Source: Octopus vulgaris (lineage: Eukaryota). Taken from it: a stretch of DNA of 64,000 bases. The stretch spans positions 31,930,001-31,994,000 of the forward strand of contig OX597834.1 of NCBI GenBank assembly GCA_951406725.2, in the 5' to 3' direction. Position 1 is the first letter of the stretch, and the number at the start of each line of letters is the position of its first letter. Under the pieces are notes generated by a model. That model had not been told where the DNA came from. It saw only the letters and a list, made by a program, of their open reading frames with translations, and searched no databases. Below are positions 51,251 through 63,220 of the stretch, one piece after another. The position numbers were made by a program, and so were the translations under genes.

Positions 51251-51693
51251 GTCTCCCCTCTCTCGTCTCTCCTTCTCTCTCTCTCTCACTCTGCCTCTTT
51301 CTCTTCCTTCACTGACGCAACCCTTTTCTTCCACTCCATTTCAACCCTTTTCACACCATTCAATTCTTTCATCCCTTACTGTCGCCAGAGATAAAAGACT
51401 CAATACTCTTAGACACACCCGCCCACATCAGTCTGTCTCCAGTTTATTTCTCCATAGGGAATTAAGATGATGAAAACGACCTGTTTGTTATCACTAAAGT
51501 GTCCAAAATTTGATAAAATTGGCCACGGAAGGGATGGATGTAAAGAATTTTTTTTATTGAAGAACTCATTCTCGAATTGTCCCCTTTCTCTGTTGGTATA
51601 CTAAACATTGTGTACAAAAGGTATAAAAATTCAGCATAACTCTACGCATCCCCACCAAAATATTACTATGCCCCACGTTGGGAATCACCACCG
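48812..51693. mobile_element. hAT-type non-autonomous element hosting nested insertions
   Basis: Left TIR CAGTGGTTCCCAACC, right GTTGGGAATCACCACCG, subterminal GCCCCAC motifs at both ends, near-TSD ATGGGGAC / GTGGGGAC (7/8). Confidence 0.6.
49311..50693. mobile_element. Foldback-like DNA transposon with ~350-bp TIRs (Merlin- or MULE-like)
   Basis: Termini GGCATATCTACAGATTTC / GAAATCTGTAAGTTATGCC. Perfect 8-bp TSD TTTGAATC (49303-49310, 50694-50701). Arms 49311-50045 (interrupted by a SINE) and 50345-50693. Confidence 0.85.
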
Positions 51694-52066
51694 GTGGGGA
51701 CTGAAATGGTAATAATAATAATAATAATAATAATCATTGAATGTTCGTTTCCCATGCTGGCATGGGTTGGACAGCTTGACAGGAACTGGTTTCAGGTTCA
51801 GGCCCAGAGTGTGGTACCTCAGAGAAGTGTTTTCTACAGTGTCCTTGTGATGACCAAAGATTTGGGAATGGATTTGATTGATGGACACTGCCAATAATGA
51901 TAATGGTTTCTGGTTTAGGTGCAACACCAACAATTGTCTTGATACCTTTGACCCCAGAACATAACGAGTACTTTTATGTTATCAACTGTGGAAGGATGAA
52001 AGGAAAAGTTGACTTTGGTGGGATTTGAACTTAGAACACTAAAAGTTAGAACAAATACTACAAGGC

Positions 52067-52108
<42 letters not shown>

Positions 52109-52450
52109 GTAATAATAATAATTCTTTCTACTATAGGCAGAAGACCTAAAATTATTTAGGGGAGCGGACTAGTTGATTACATTGACCCCTGTGCGTAACT
52201 GGTACTCATTTTATCGCCCCTGAAAGGATGAAAGGCAAAGTGGACCCTGGCGGAATTTGAACTCAGAACATAAAGTTGGATGAAATGCTGCTAAGCATTT
52301 TGCCTAGCATGCTAACGATTTATCCAGCTCATCACCTTTCTAGTGGCTGTGGTGCTGGTGCTGTCAGTGATGATGGTGGTGTCAATGGCGATAGTGGTGT
52401 TGGTGGTGGTGGTGTTGATGATGATGTTGATGATGATCTTTCTTCTTTAG

Positions 52451-52558
52451 AAACTACCAATGCTGAATAACAATTCCGATGAGGAGGACATTTATGAAGA
52501 CAGTCAAATGATGAACAAGATCAACAACTACAGACGGTGTGATTTCTGTGAAGTTCAG
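52451..52558 (+). CDS. ZDHHC12: ZDHHC12-like, coding exon 3
   Basis: Acceptor ctttcttctttag; KLPMLNNNSDEEDIYEDSQMMNKINNYRRCDFCEVQ (first CxxC of the DHHC cysteine-rich domain); donor gtgagc, phase 0. Confidence 0.88.
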
Positions 52559-52733
52559 GTGAGCAACTTTGAAAACGATGTGGTGTTAGTCTCAATGGTT
52601 GTTTGTGTGTGTGGATGTGTGGATAGGTGTAGACCTATGAAGTAGACGTACAGCACATGCACTCTGTGTGTGCGACCGATAATGTTTACATTATTTAGAG
52701 CTGCCTTTAATTCATAATTTAATATGTTTGTAC

Positions 52734-52900
52734 AGGCGCAGGAGTGGCTGTGTGGTAAGTAGCTTGCTAACCAGCCACATGGTTCTGGGTTCAGTCCCCA
52801 CTGCGTGGCATCTTGGGCAAGTGTCTTCTGCTATAGCCTCGGGCCAACCAAAGCCTTGTGAGTGGATTTGGTAGATGAAAACTGAAAGAAGCCTGTCATA

Positions 52901-52971
<71 letters not shown>

Positions 52972-53180
52972 ATATGTTTGTGTGTCTGTGTTTGTCCCTC
53001 TAGCATTGCTTGACAACCGATGCTTGTGTGTTTACGTCCCCATCACTTAGCGGTTCGGCAAAAGAGACCGATAGAATAAGTACTGGGCTTACAAATAATA
53101 AGTCCCGGGGTCGATTTGCTCGACTAAAGTTGGTGCTCCAGCATGGCCGCAGTCAAATGACTGAAACAAGTAAAAGAGTA
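52734..53180 (+). mobile_element. tRNA-derived SINE, full length
   Basis: Same family as 4118-4532. Confidence 0.85.
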
Positions 53181-53240
53181 TATATTTATCTGAATGAATG
53201 TATTGAGGCCTGTAATAAGGTTTTATATATGTAAGACAAG

Positions 53241-53566
53241 TGAGGGCGCATGGCTTAGTGGTTAGGGCATTCGGCTCATGATCGTAAGGTTGTGAGTTCG
53301 ATTCCCGGCGACGCGTTGTGTCCTTGAGCAAGACACTTTATTTCACGTTGCTCCAGTCCACTCAGCTGGCAAAAATGAGTTGTACTTGTATTTCAAAGGG
53401 TCAGCCTTGTCACTCTCTGTGTCATGCTGATTATCCCCGAGAACTACGTTAAGGGTACACGTGTCTGTGGAATGCTCAGCCATTTGCACGTTAATTTCAC
53501 GAGCAAGCTGTTCCGTTGATCGTATCAGCTGGGACCCTCGTCGTCGTAACCGGCGGAGTCTTTAAA
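53241..53566 (+). mobile_element. tRNA-derived SINE with 12-bp TSD
   Basis: Head GAGGGCGCATGGCTTAGTGG...GAGTTCGATTCCC and body GTGTCCTTGAGCAAGACAC. TSD ATGTAAGACAAG at 53229-53240 and 53567-53578. A related copy lies at ~10105-10318. Confidence 0.9.
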
Positions 53567-53633
53567 ATGTAAGACAAGGAAAAAAATTCACCTGATGGTA
53601 CTAATAGAATTGTTTTGTTGGTATTTTATTCAG

Positions 53634-53800
53634 CAACCAATGCGAAGTAAACACTGTGAAGACTGCAAGAAATGTGTCCGGAAGTACGACCACCATTGCC
53701 ATTGGCTTGAGACTTGCGTTGGAGAAAGAAATCACAGATTTTTTTGGCTGTTCTTGCTTTCAATATCTGCTCTCATTCTTTGGACAATTTCTATTACCTG
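53634..53800 (+). CDS. ZDHHC12: ZDHHC12-like, coding exon 4 (DHHC catalytic motif)
   Basis: Acceptor ttttattcag; [55 protein letters not shown]; donor TG|gtaagc, phase 2. Confidence 0.96.
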
Positions 53801-54966
53801 GTAAGCTGCCTATCAAACAATCACACACACACACACACACACACACCTGCATGCACACACACACACACACAGATACAATCACACAATCCTTCACACAAAC
53901 ACATACACTCACTTACATATACCTGCTTATGTACCCATGTACCAATTCATCTACAGCAACTTACCTACGGATACAATTTATCTCCAACCACACACACGTA
54001 CACACAGATAAATTGTTGTAGATGAATTCACCTAGAACCGTACACACACACACACACACACAGATAAATTGTTGTAGATGAATTCACCTAGAACCGTACA
54101 CACACACATGCACAGATACATGCGTACACTCACACACTTTACACCCAGTCTACACTGTAAAGTGGTTGGCATCTGGAAGGGCATCCAGCTGTAAAAACCA
54201 TGCCAAAATTGACCTCGGCTGTGCTGGTGCCATATAAAAAGCACTCAGCCAACTCTACGGAGTGGTTAGTGTTAGGAAGAGTATCCAGCCATAAAAACCC
54301 TGCCTAAACAAACACAATAGCCTGGGCTAGTCTCCTACTTGGCCAGCTCTTGTCAAACCATCCAACCCATGCCAGCATGGAAAGTGGACATTAAACGATA
54401 ATGATGATGATAAACACACATATGCACACACGCACACACGCACACTAACACATATATATACACATATTAGTTTTTTATTATATTTGTATAACATTGTCTG
54501 TTTTTTTCCGTCCTTGTTTTTGTATACATTCACTGCTTTCTTCCAAGGAATCTAATGCTCTTAGCTTAGTTTTTCCTTGGGGCTGGTCAGATTGGAGCAT
54601 TCTCAAATATAATCAGTCGAAATTGTGAAGATAATCTGGTACTTGACTGAAGAAAGAAAACTTTGAATGGCCCATCCCATCGTCTATCTGGATGTTTTGT
54701 TGTCCCATTTTTGTATCACATAACTGTCCGGATGTTTTGCGTTCTTGTCCCATTTTGTATTTTATATATACATATATATGTATATATATATATACAAGAA
54801 CCATATTGGATATATGTTATCCCATGGAGGGTTGCATTTACAACCCCTATCTCAATTTGTATATATATATATATATATACATATATATACAATATATATG
54901 ATTTTATTTCAGTTTTTTTCATTTATCATTTTTTTCAAACTGATTTATTTTCTGTCTGTCTTTCAG

Positions 54967-55303
54967 GAATGCCATTGTCTACAGACTGGAATGGCTGGTA
55001 TGGTTAAAGACCAATTCTCTGCTTTTCTGTAATTTGTTCATTTTAATTATTGCTGCAATGGCTGTGTTGGGCTTGTTGGGGTTCCATTCTTATCTCATCT
55101 CTCAGAACCTCACTACATGGGAGTTCGTCTCCCAGGAGAGGATTACCTACCTCAAATACTTGGATGACTCTTACAATCCATTCAACGAGGGTTGTCCTTG
55201 CAATGTCTATAACTTTCTCTTTGACTGGAAAATCCGCCACTGGGAGGCCCTGTACACCAAGAAAGCCAACATGCAGAACACGGCTAGTGGTGGCATCGTG
55301 TAA
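54967..55303 (+). CDS. ZDHHC12: ZDHHC12-like, coding exon 5 (terminal)
   Basis: Acceptor tctgtctttcag; (W)NAIVYRLEWLVWLKTN...FHSYLISQNLTTWEFVSQERITYLKY...NPFNEG...* (TTxE and NPF/PaCCT motifs). The spliced CDS is 858 nt (285 aa). AATAAA at 55333 and 55666. Confidence 0.94.
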
Positions 55304-55907
55304 CCAAAAAAAAAAAAACTGAAAGAAAATAGAATAAACAAAAGACATTTCTACAATTTTTCCCTCCTTCCAAAAACTTCTTCCGCCCTCCTACCATATT
55401 TTTTTTTAGCTTGTCCCTTGCTTATTGTACCTGTTTAGATAAATGTCTAATTTTGTTATTTTTCTAAAAAAAAATTCTTGACAAATCACTCCATTCCCCT
55501 ATCTTTCTCCATTCCTCTGATTCCAGAAGAGAATATATGAAATGGTAAAAAGAAACAAAAACAAAAAAAAAAAGACAGATACTTCCTGAAAATTGTAGTA
55601 TCCCTTCAACTAACCCCTAATTGTCAAAGCTTATGATATTTTGCTGACCATAGTCCAGATAGCTGAATAAATATTTTTGCTTTCTCTGATTTTTTTCTCC
55701 GTGTCTAACATAAAATTATAGAAAAACACACATTAACAGTATATTTTTTCACTCTCCATTAATATATCTCTTGCTCTCCATCTTTGTGTTTCCCTTCAGT
55801 GTGTGTCTGTCTCTGTCCCTCTCTTTCTCTCTCTCTCCCTCTGCTAAATTCAATCTCCTATTATTTCTGTCTCTCTGATCATCTGTATATCCATTCTTTC
55901 CTATATT

Positions 55908-55943
<36 letters not shown>

Positions 55944-56484
55944 TACACAAACACACACACACACGTATCTTCTCAGTCTTCCCCCTCCCTCTCTACCTCT
56001 CTATTTGACTATCCCTATTCTCTCCTCACCACCACCACCACCACCACCTTTCAAATTCGCACAAATGTTTTACTTACACAATTGTTCCATGTCATTCTGT
56101 GCTACCATTTCTTATTAACCCCCAAATTAAGCAAACCCTCACTACATCAGTTCTTTATAAATGTTTAACATAGCAAATTATTTCCTTCTTTTGTTTTTGT
56201 TTTTTGCTTCTTTTTTTTTTTTTTTTTTTTTAATCTCAGCTAAATTCTATTTTTGCAACTACACCATTCCTCGCAACCTTCGCTTCTCAGAAAATGGTGT
56301 TAATTCGAATCGGAGGCACATCAAACAACATTTAGTGAAATAAAATTATGTACAATCTTATCTAACGTATTTGTGTCTATTCAGATATGGAAAGACAATA
56401 TGCTTCATAAGTTGTCTCCAGAGGAGAAGGCCACCTTATAAACAACATGGGTGTAGAAACATGCCATGAATGACGTCACCAGAC

Positions 56485-56529
56485 CGTAAGACATACGCAT
56501 TTCTTCGTTGTTATGCTTCATCAACTATG
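56485..56529 (-). ncRNA. Hammerhead motif, tandem unit 1 (core C3 mutated)
   Basis: CATAG TTGATGA AGCATAACAACGAA GAAA TGCGTAT GTC TTACG. Confidence 0.5.
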
Positions 56530-56649
56530 TCTACCTAGCTGCTGTCATTCATGGCCTCTGGTCACTCTTATATTAGAATAGCAAATGACACTTTGCAGAT
56601 GTGTGTAAAGTTTTGTCAAGATGGAGTGCATTAATCAGTTGTCCATTAA

Positions 56650-56867
56650 CCCTTTCGTTACTGTATTTATTCCGAGATGCTCTGTGTTTCTTTTAATTTT
56701 AAATGTAACAAAGAATTTAGTAAAATGGCTTAGTTGTCATTAAACTGATGTTAGGAACATAAACTGAGACTAAGATTTGGTAGAAGATTTTAATTCAGAA
56801 TTTTTGAAAACAAAACATTTGTACCACAGAGCCAGAGCCGGTTTCAGCCGGGTTGGTCACAAAAGGG
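56650..56867. mobile_element. piggyBac-type MITE
   Basis: TTAA|CCCTTTCGTTAC ... GTCACAAAAGGG|TTAA. A partial copy lies at ~46510-46661. Confidence 0.85.
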
Positions 56868-57037
56868 TTAAGCAGCATTGAATGAAATATACATATGTAA
56901 ATCCTTATTTAACATGATCCTGTATATTCAGATATGGAAAGACAATACACCGCACAAGTTGTCCCAAGAGAAGAAACTCCCCTTATTGACAATTTGGGCG
57001 AAAACACTTCATGAGATCATGAATGATGTCACTGGAT

Positions 57038-57082
57038 TACAGAACGTATGCATTTCTGCATTATTGCACTTCATCAGCTACA
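57038..57082 (-). ncRNA. Type I minimal hammerhead motif, tandem unit 2
   Basis: TGTAG CTGATGA AG TGCA-ATAA-TGCA GAAA TG-CATA-CG TT CTGTA. The core is intact, stem I is 5 bp, and the cleavage triplet is GUU. Confidence 0.65.
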
Positions 57083-58699
57083 TATAACTAGCTGCCATTG
57101 ATCATGGCCACTAATAGCTAATCACTCTTATAATAGAACATCAAAAGGTACATTTGCACATGAATGGCATGTTATCTTTGCATGTCCAAATATGCACAAA
57201 CATGTTAATGTTTAGCCCCAGGTCAGTCCTGATCAAACAGACCCAGGATAATAAAAGGACAATCAAATCATGACCATTAGTCTTTTTCTTGGTAATAGTC
57301 TATCTCAGGCTACATTATTTAATGTATTCTTCATTTTTTTTTTCTTTAAGGCAGTAGAATCTGGTTTGAACGAGAAATGATGCTATTTCTAGCCTGTTGG
57401 GTGACTGACCATGTACAGGCTCCACTTGGTTTTCAGTGTGGTGGTCACTTAGTTTTTCATGTAATTATTACCTTTCCCTTCCTCACCCTCCACTTTCTTG
57501 TTGTTTCTATCCCTCTCTCTCTCTCTTCTTGTCCTTCTCCCTTTATAATTCAGCTACTTACTACCGATCCCTTCAATAAGACCTTACACTATTATTCCCT
57601 TTCTCTGTTCCCTATTCCTTGGCTCCCCTTATTTTTTGAACTGCTTCAGCTGCCACAATATATTTTTAAAATAAACAAATAAACAAACAAAAATGAAGAA
57701 GAAGAAGAAGTAAAAACAACCTAGAAAAACATAAAAAGAAATGCTTGCTAACCTGTGATGTTCTTGACATATACACATGTATATCTGTGTACACATGTAT
57801 GTACACACACATATGTATGCATGTGTGTATGTATATATATATATCTATATAATTAGGAAATGGAGAAAACCACAGATTAACCAACACATCGATTGGACCA
57901 TATTTATAGCTTATTTTTTAATACAAAGCGTGACATAACAAAATAGGTGTCGTAAACATCTCACCAATGTCAAGGTATAATACAGATAACGGATACCGAT
58001 AGTATATATGGATATTTTATCCTTTAGTCATTTACTATAAACACTAACTCTGTTTACATATGTATATACATACATACACACACACACATACACATATATA
58101 ATAATAATAATATTAGGGAGTATGGCTCCAAACTTACAGGGGAAAATTAGATTTAGTATTAAATCAAATTTCTCAGTATAAATATATAAAATATGAATTA
58201 GAGATAAAACTGTTTGAGTCGCCTAATAGTGATTTTATCTCTAATTCATATTTTATATATATATATATATATGAAGAATTTCAGTACATTCAGTCTACTA
58301 GCAAGAAACCCAAGGGTTCATGTGAGATGTTAACTGTAATTCAAATAATATACACACAGAGAAGAAGTGTTTTTGTATTGTTATTACATACATTGTAGTA
58401 GCATAAACAAACTGAAAGAGAACTCAATACCTTTGGTAGAGTATAAAACCTAATATTAAGCTCACAACATTCTGTAATTCAGGATTGCAAATCGTCCCTG
58501 CATAAGCTAACTGGCTTGCACGCTAACTGCCTGGTGGACCTTTTACTATTCACAGTCCATTTCAGTTATAGAGCGCTAAACCCAACTTGCAATATTCCAT
58601 TATTTAAATATTTAGAGTTTCATATTCTTGTCTTTTGACAATCCTCAGATGTGGCTGGCTGGCTGGCTGGTATAGCAAATAAATATATGTCTGCGTGTG

Positions 58700-58752
<53 letters not shown>

Positions 58753-58820
58753 ATTATTATTATTATATTGCCGTATATGGGTGTAAACACTCCACAAGGC
58801 CACGGATGATACTAATGGAC

Positions 58821-58865
58821 TGTAGGACGTATGCATTTCTGCGTTGTTACACTTCATCAGCTATG
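58821..58865 (-). ncRNA. Type I minimal hammerhead motif, unit 3
   Basis: CATAG CTGATGA A GTGT-AACA-ACGC A GAAA TG-CATA-C GTC CTACA. The core is intact, with the canonical GUC triplet. Confidence 0.65.
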
Positions 58866-61397
58866 TGTAACTAGTTACTGTCAATCAAGGCCACCAACTT
58901 GGTCACTTTTATATTAGTATAGCGTCACCCACATACATACATATTTATGTATGTGTATATATATATATATATATATAAAATTTTAATATTTCCAAAAACC
59001 AAATTCTCCTGCCTTCTAAATATGCAACATCTCTTGTTCATTAAATTGCTGCTACAAAGTTCTTTTGTCTTTAAGAAATATTCTGGACCTTTTTATAAGA
59101 TAAAATAATAAAAATGTTTCTTCTATGGTGTTGTAACAGTGTAACAGCCCTTAATTCTCACATTTTTTCCATTTTCTTGAATATTTCAAAATGTAACCAA
59201 AAAAAAAAAAACCTGAAGATTTGAAATTGTCTGTGAATTGATATTTCTAAATTGTTTTTCTCTGAACATCCGGTGTTTAACTACTTCCAGTGTTTTGTGT
59301 TGTTATTTCTTGATCTTTTTGTCTTTTTTTCTTTTTTTTCATATTCAAAGAAATAATTTTGTTCATCATTCTTATGTATAAAGCATATATGACAAGATAT
59401 TTTTTTCTGCAACCAGCCATGTTATCTCTTATTAATTATATCAATAAGATGGTAAGCTGCCAAAATGCTTAGCGGCATTTTGTTCATCTTTATGTCTTGA
59501 GTTCAAATTTCACCAAGGTTGACTTTGCCTGTCATCCTTTCAGGGTCAGTAAAATAAGCATCAGTTGAACACAGGGTCGATGTAACTGCCTAACCCAGTT
59601 CCTCAAAATTGCTGGCCTTGTGCCAAAATCTGAAGTAAGGCACAGGAGTGGCTGTGTGGTAAGTAGCTTGTTTACAACCACATGGTTCCGGGTTCAGTCT
59701 CACTGCATGGCAACTTGGGCAAGTATCTTCTACTATAGCCTCAGGCTGACCAAAGCCTTGGGAGTGGATTTGGTAGATGGAAACTGAAAGAAGCCTGTTG
59801 TGTGTATATATATATATATATATAAATATATATATAGCATCGCCTTACTCGCACTTGAAAAATATTTGAGCGAGGTCGTTGCCAGTGCCGCTGGACTGGC
59901 TCCTCTGTAGGTGGCGCGTAAAAAACACCATTTGAGCGTGGCCATTGCCAGTACTGCCTGACTGGCCCTTGTGCCGGTGGCACATAAAAGCACCCGCTAC
60001 ACTCTCAGAGTAGTTGGCATTAGGAAGGGCATGCAGCTGTAGAAACTCTGTCAGATCAGATTGGAACCTGGTGTAGCCATCTGGTTTGCCAGTCCTCTGT
60101 CAAATCGTTCAACCCATGTCAGCATGGAAAGCGGATGTTAAATGATGATGATGATGATGATGATATATATATATGTGTGTGTGTATGTGTCTCTGTTTGT
60201 CCCCACCAACAACACTTGACAACCGATGCTAATGTGTTTACATCCCTGTAGCATAGCAGTTCAGCAAAAGAGACCAATAAAATAAGTACTGAGATTACAA
60301 GGAACAAGTCCTGGGGTTGATTTGCTCGACTAAAGGCGGTGCTGCAACATGGCCACAGTCAAATGACTGAAACAAAAGAATTATGAATACTGGTTTCAAA
60401 TTTTGGCACAAGGCCAGCAATTTCATGACTGGTACTTATTTTATCAATCCCAAAAGGCTGAAAGGCTAAGTTCACCTTGGTGGAATTCTTCTGACCCCTT
60501 ATGTTCTGAGTTCAAATTTGGCCATGGTTGACAGGGCCTTTCATCTAATCAGGGTCGATAAAATAGGTACCTGTTGAACCCTGGGGTCAATGAAATCGAC
60601 TTACACATCCCCTCATAATTGCAGGCCTTGTGCTAAAATTAGAAAGAATTATTAATTACATCAATGACGAAGGTGGTGAGCTGGCAGAATCACTTAAGCA
60701 TCGGAAGAAATGCTTGGGTGCAGTTCACCCAGCTCTGAGTTCAAATTTCTCTGAGGTCAACTTCCATTCTAGGGTTCCAGGGGTTGATAAAATTGTGTAG
60801 TGACACACACCTGCCCCTTAAAATTGCTGGCCTTGTGCCAAAATTTGAAATCATTAATTATATTAACGACGTTCTGTTTACTATCAGTATTTATCTGCTT
60901 AAGGTAAACACAAAAAAAAAATGGTAAGAAGCAATTTTATTTTGTGTCATTTGTCATTTGATATGTGTGTGTATATATATATATATGTGTGTGTGTGTAA
61001 GTATTTACATGAAAAACTAAATAATTATATATATGTACATATACATACATATATATAAAAACATGTACATATATATATTTATGTATGTATATACGTTTAT
61101 ATATATATATATATAAATGTATATACACACACACGCATATATATACAAAGACATATACATATATTTATGTAAGTATGTATATGTGTTTATATACATATAT
61201 ACATGTGTGTGTGTGGTGAGATATTTTTCTGGAAATAGTAATATATTATAATATGAATTACTAAAATTTCTAATGTTTACTATTATTAGTATTTTTCTGC
61301 TTAAATTTGAAAAGAAACTGAAACAAGTCAATTTATGTACTTTATATCATTCTCATTATAAAGCAGAAGAACATATACATATATGTATGTGTATGTT

Positions 61398-61435
<38 letters not shown>

Positions 61436-62689
61436 ATTATGTGTGTATATAAAAATATATATACACACGCGAGTCTTGGTAATGATATGTCTTTGGAAGA
61501 TTTTAATATTTACAATATCAATAAATAATCTTTATGATTAATATTTTTCTGCTTTTGAAAGATTGAATTTATTTTTGATTTAAATTTTTATGTATCTCTG
61601 ATGCATTATTGTTTAGAAAATGTATAACTTTTTTGGACCTTTAACTTCACTTTGCGAAATTAAATCAAAATTTCTCTTGTATAATGTGAGCAGCTATGTA
61701 TCTCTTGTATGGTAAGAAACCAGTTCTAGCCCCTTCCATCATATTTTAACTTAGCATAAAGCTGCCTTCCTCTTTACCATAGCCCTGTTCAGTCGAAAGG
61801 GATTTTAATCATTTAAGGTACATGGCAACCCCACTTGTGTTGGTGCTATAGAAAAGGAAGCACCCAGTACACACTGTAAAGTGGTTGGTGGTAGGAAGAG
61901 CATCAAACCATAAAAGCAGACATTAGAGCATGTGGTCCCTTCTGGCAAGGGCTGTTTATACAAAGGAGCTAACCATCACCCTCACAACATAAGGCAAGAT
62001 TAGAAATTTGAATTTGAAATTGAGGAATATGAGGTAGAAGATACATAAGAGTTCTCATTTGATTTTTTTTTATCTATCTATTACAAAGTTCTTATTATTT
62101 CTAGTTAGTGATAATCATGTATAGCACTATTTCATTCTTTTCAGCAACTATCAGCATGATATAACTTGTATCTTATTAATTAGATATATTATCAACTAAA
62201 AGTGAAGTTAAAAGTCTGAAAAATTGTAATCTTAATGATTTTCTTCTTAAATGGAATTAGATATAAATACTTTAATTTGTCAATATACAAAAATTCTTCA
62301 ATGCAAAAAAAAAAATTTTAAAACATAAAAGCTAATAAGAAAAATGAATGAATGTCATTCCAAAGCAACTATTTTGAAATATGTGTGTGTATGTGTGTGT
62401 ACAGTCTCAGAAGATATATTTTCAATAATTTCTGCCAACTTTTTGGTGCTCTATCTCTTTCACTGTTAAAGCCTCTTGTGGTACTTTTTGTTGTTATTGT
62501 TGTTTTCACACCTGCATCTGTTGGCAGCACTTGTATTGCTTGTAAACCAATGGTTTTTAAACCGAGAAGTGGCACCTTTTTGTGGGTGCCGTAAGCTCAC
62601 AAAGAGGAGCTGAGTGTTTAGAGGGAGTCGTGATTTTTCTTAGAAATAAAATATTGAAAACCAAGTCTTAGTCTTATTCTTAGTTCCTC

Positions 62690-63220
62690 TTGTACAGTTG
62701 GCAGCAAGGTGCCTCCAGTCATCCTGGTTCTCAGTATAGTCTCCTGTATCTTCCCAGGTGATGCTAAATCGCTTCTGATCTTCTAAGAAAGTGGTACATC
62801 ATGTCCTTTTAGGTCTTCCTCTCTGTCATCATTCTTCTGGCAATCGGAAAACCTGCAAGTCTCACAGTTCTTTCAAATACAATCTCCTGCAGGCTGTGCA
62901 AGTTTGTTCTTCTCATGACTTCAGAATTTGTGATTCTCTTCCTGCAGGTGGCCTTCGATATTCTGCATAGAAATCCTTGGTAGAAATGCATTCAACCTCT
63001 GAGTTATCTCAACAACCATTCTCCAAGTTTCTCCTGCATAAACTACAGTTGACAGGACATGCTTTGGTGCAACAAGATCTTCTAATGATGATGTCCTTGC
63101 CTTCTTCATTGACAGGACAATGCTCTGGCACAATCAAAGCGCTGGCCCAGATCACATTTATTCTTCTGAACAGTCCTGTGGTCTGCCTGGCTTCTAGGGT
63201 TTATATTTGCCTCAGTGCCT
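62690..63220 (-). mobile_element. RTE-clade LINE 3' fragment
   Basis: VLSTVVYAGETW...QRLNAF, and GFLCRISKATCRKRITNSEVMRRT...RTVRLAG, with frameshifts. Confidence 0.75.

Noticed and set aside
53241-53315. tRNA-like sequence with a CAT anticodon-type loop
   Set aside because: It continues into a SINE body, is bounded by a 12-bp TSD, and lacks a proper acceptor stem, so it is a SINE head rather than a tRNA gene.
56285-58925. Repeat-spacer pattern considered as a CRISPR-like array
   Set aside because: The context is eukaryotic, the units are long and diverged, there are no constant short repeats with unique spacers, and there are no cas genes.
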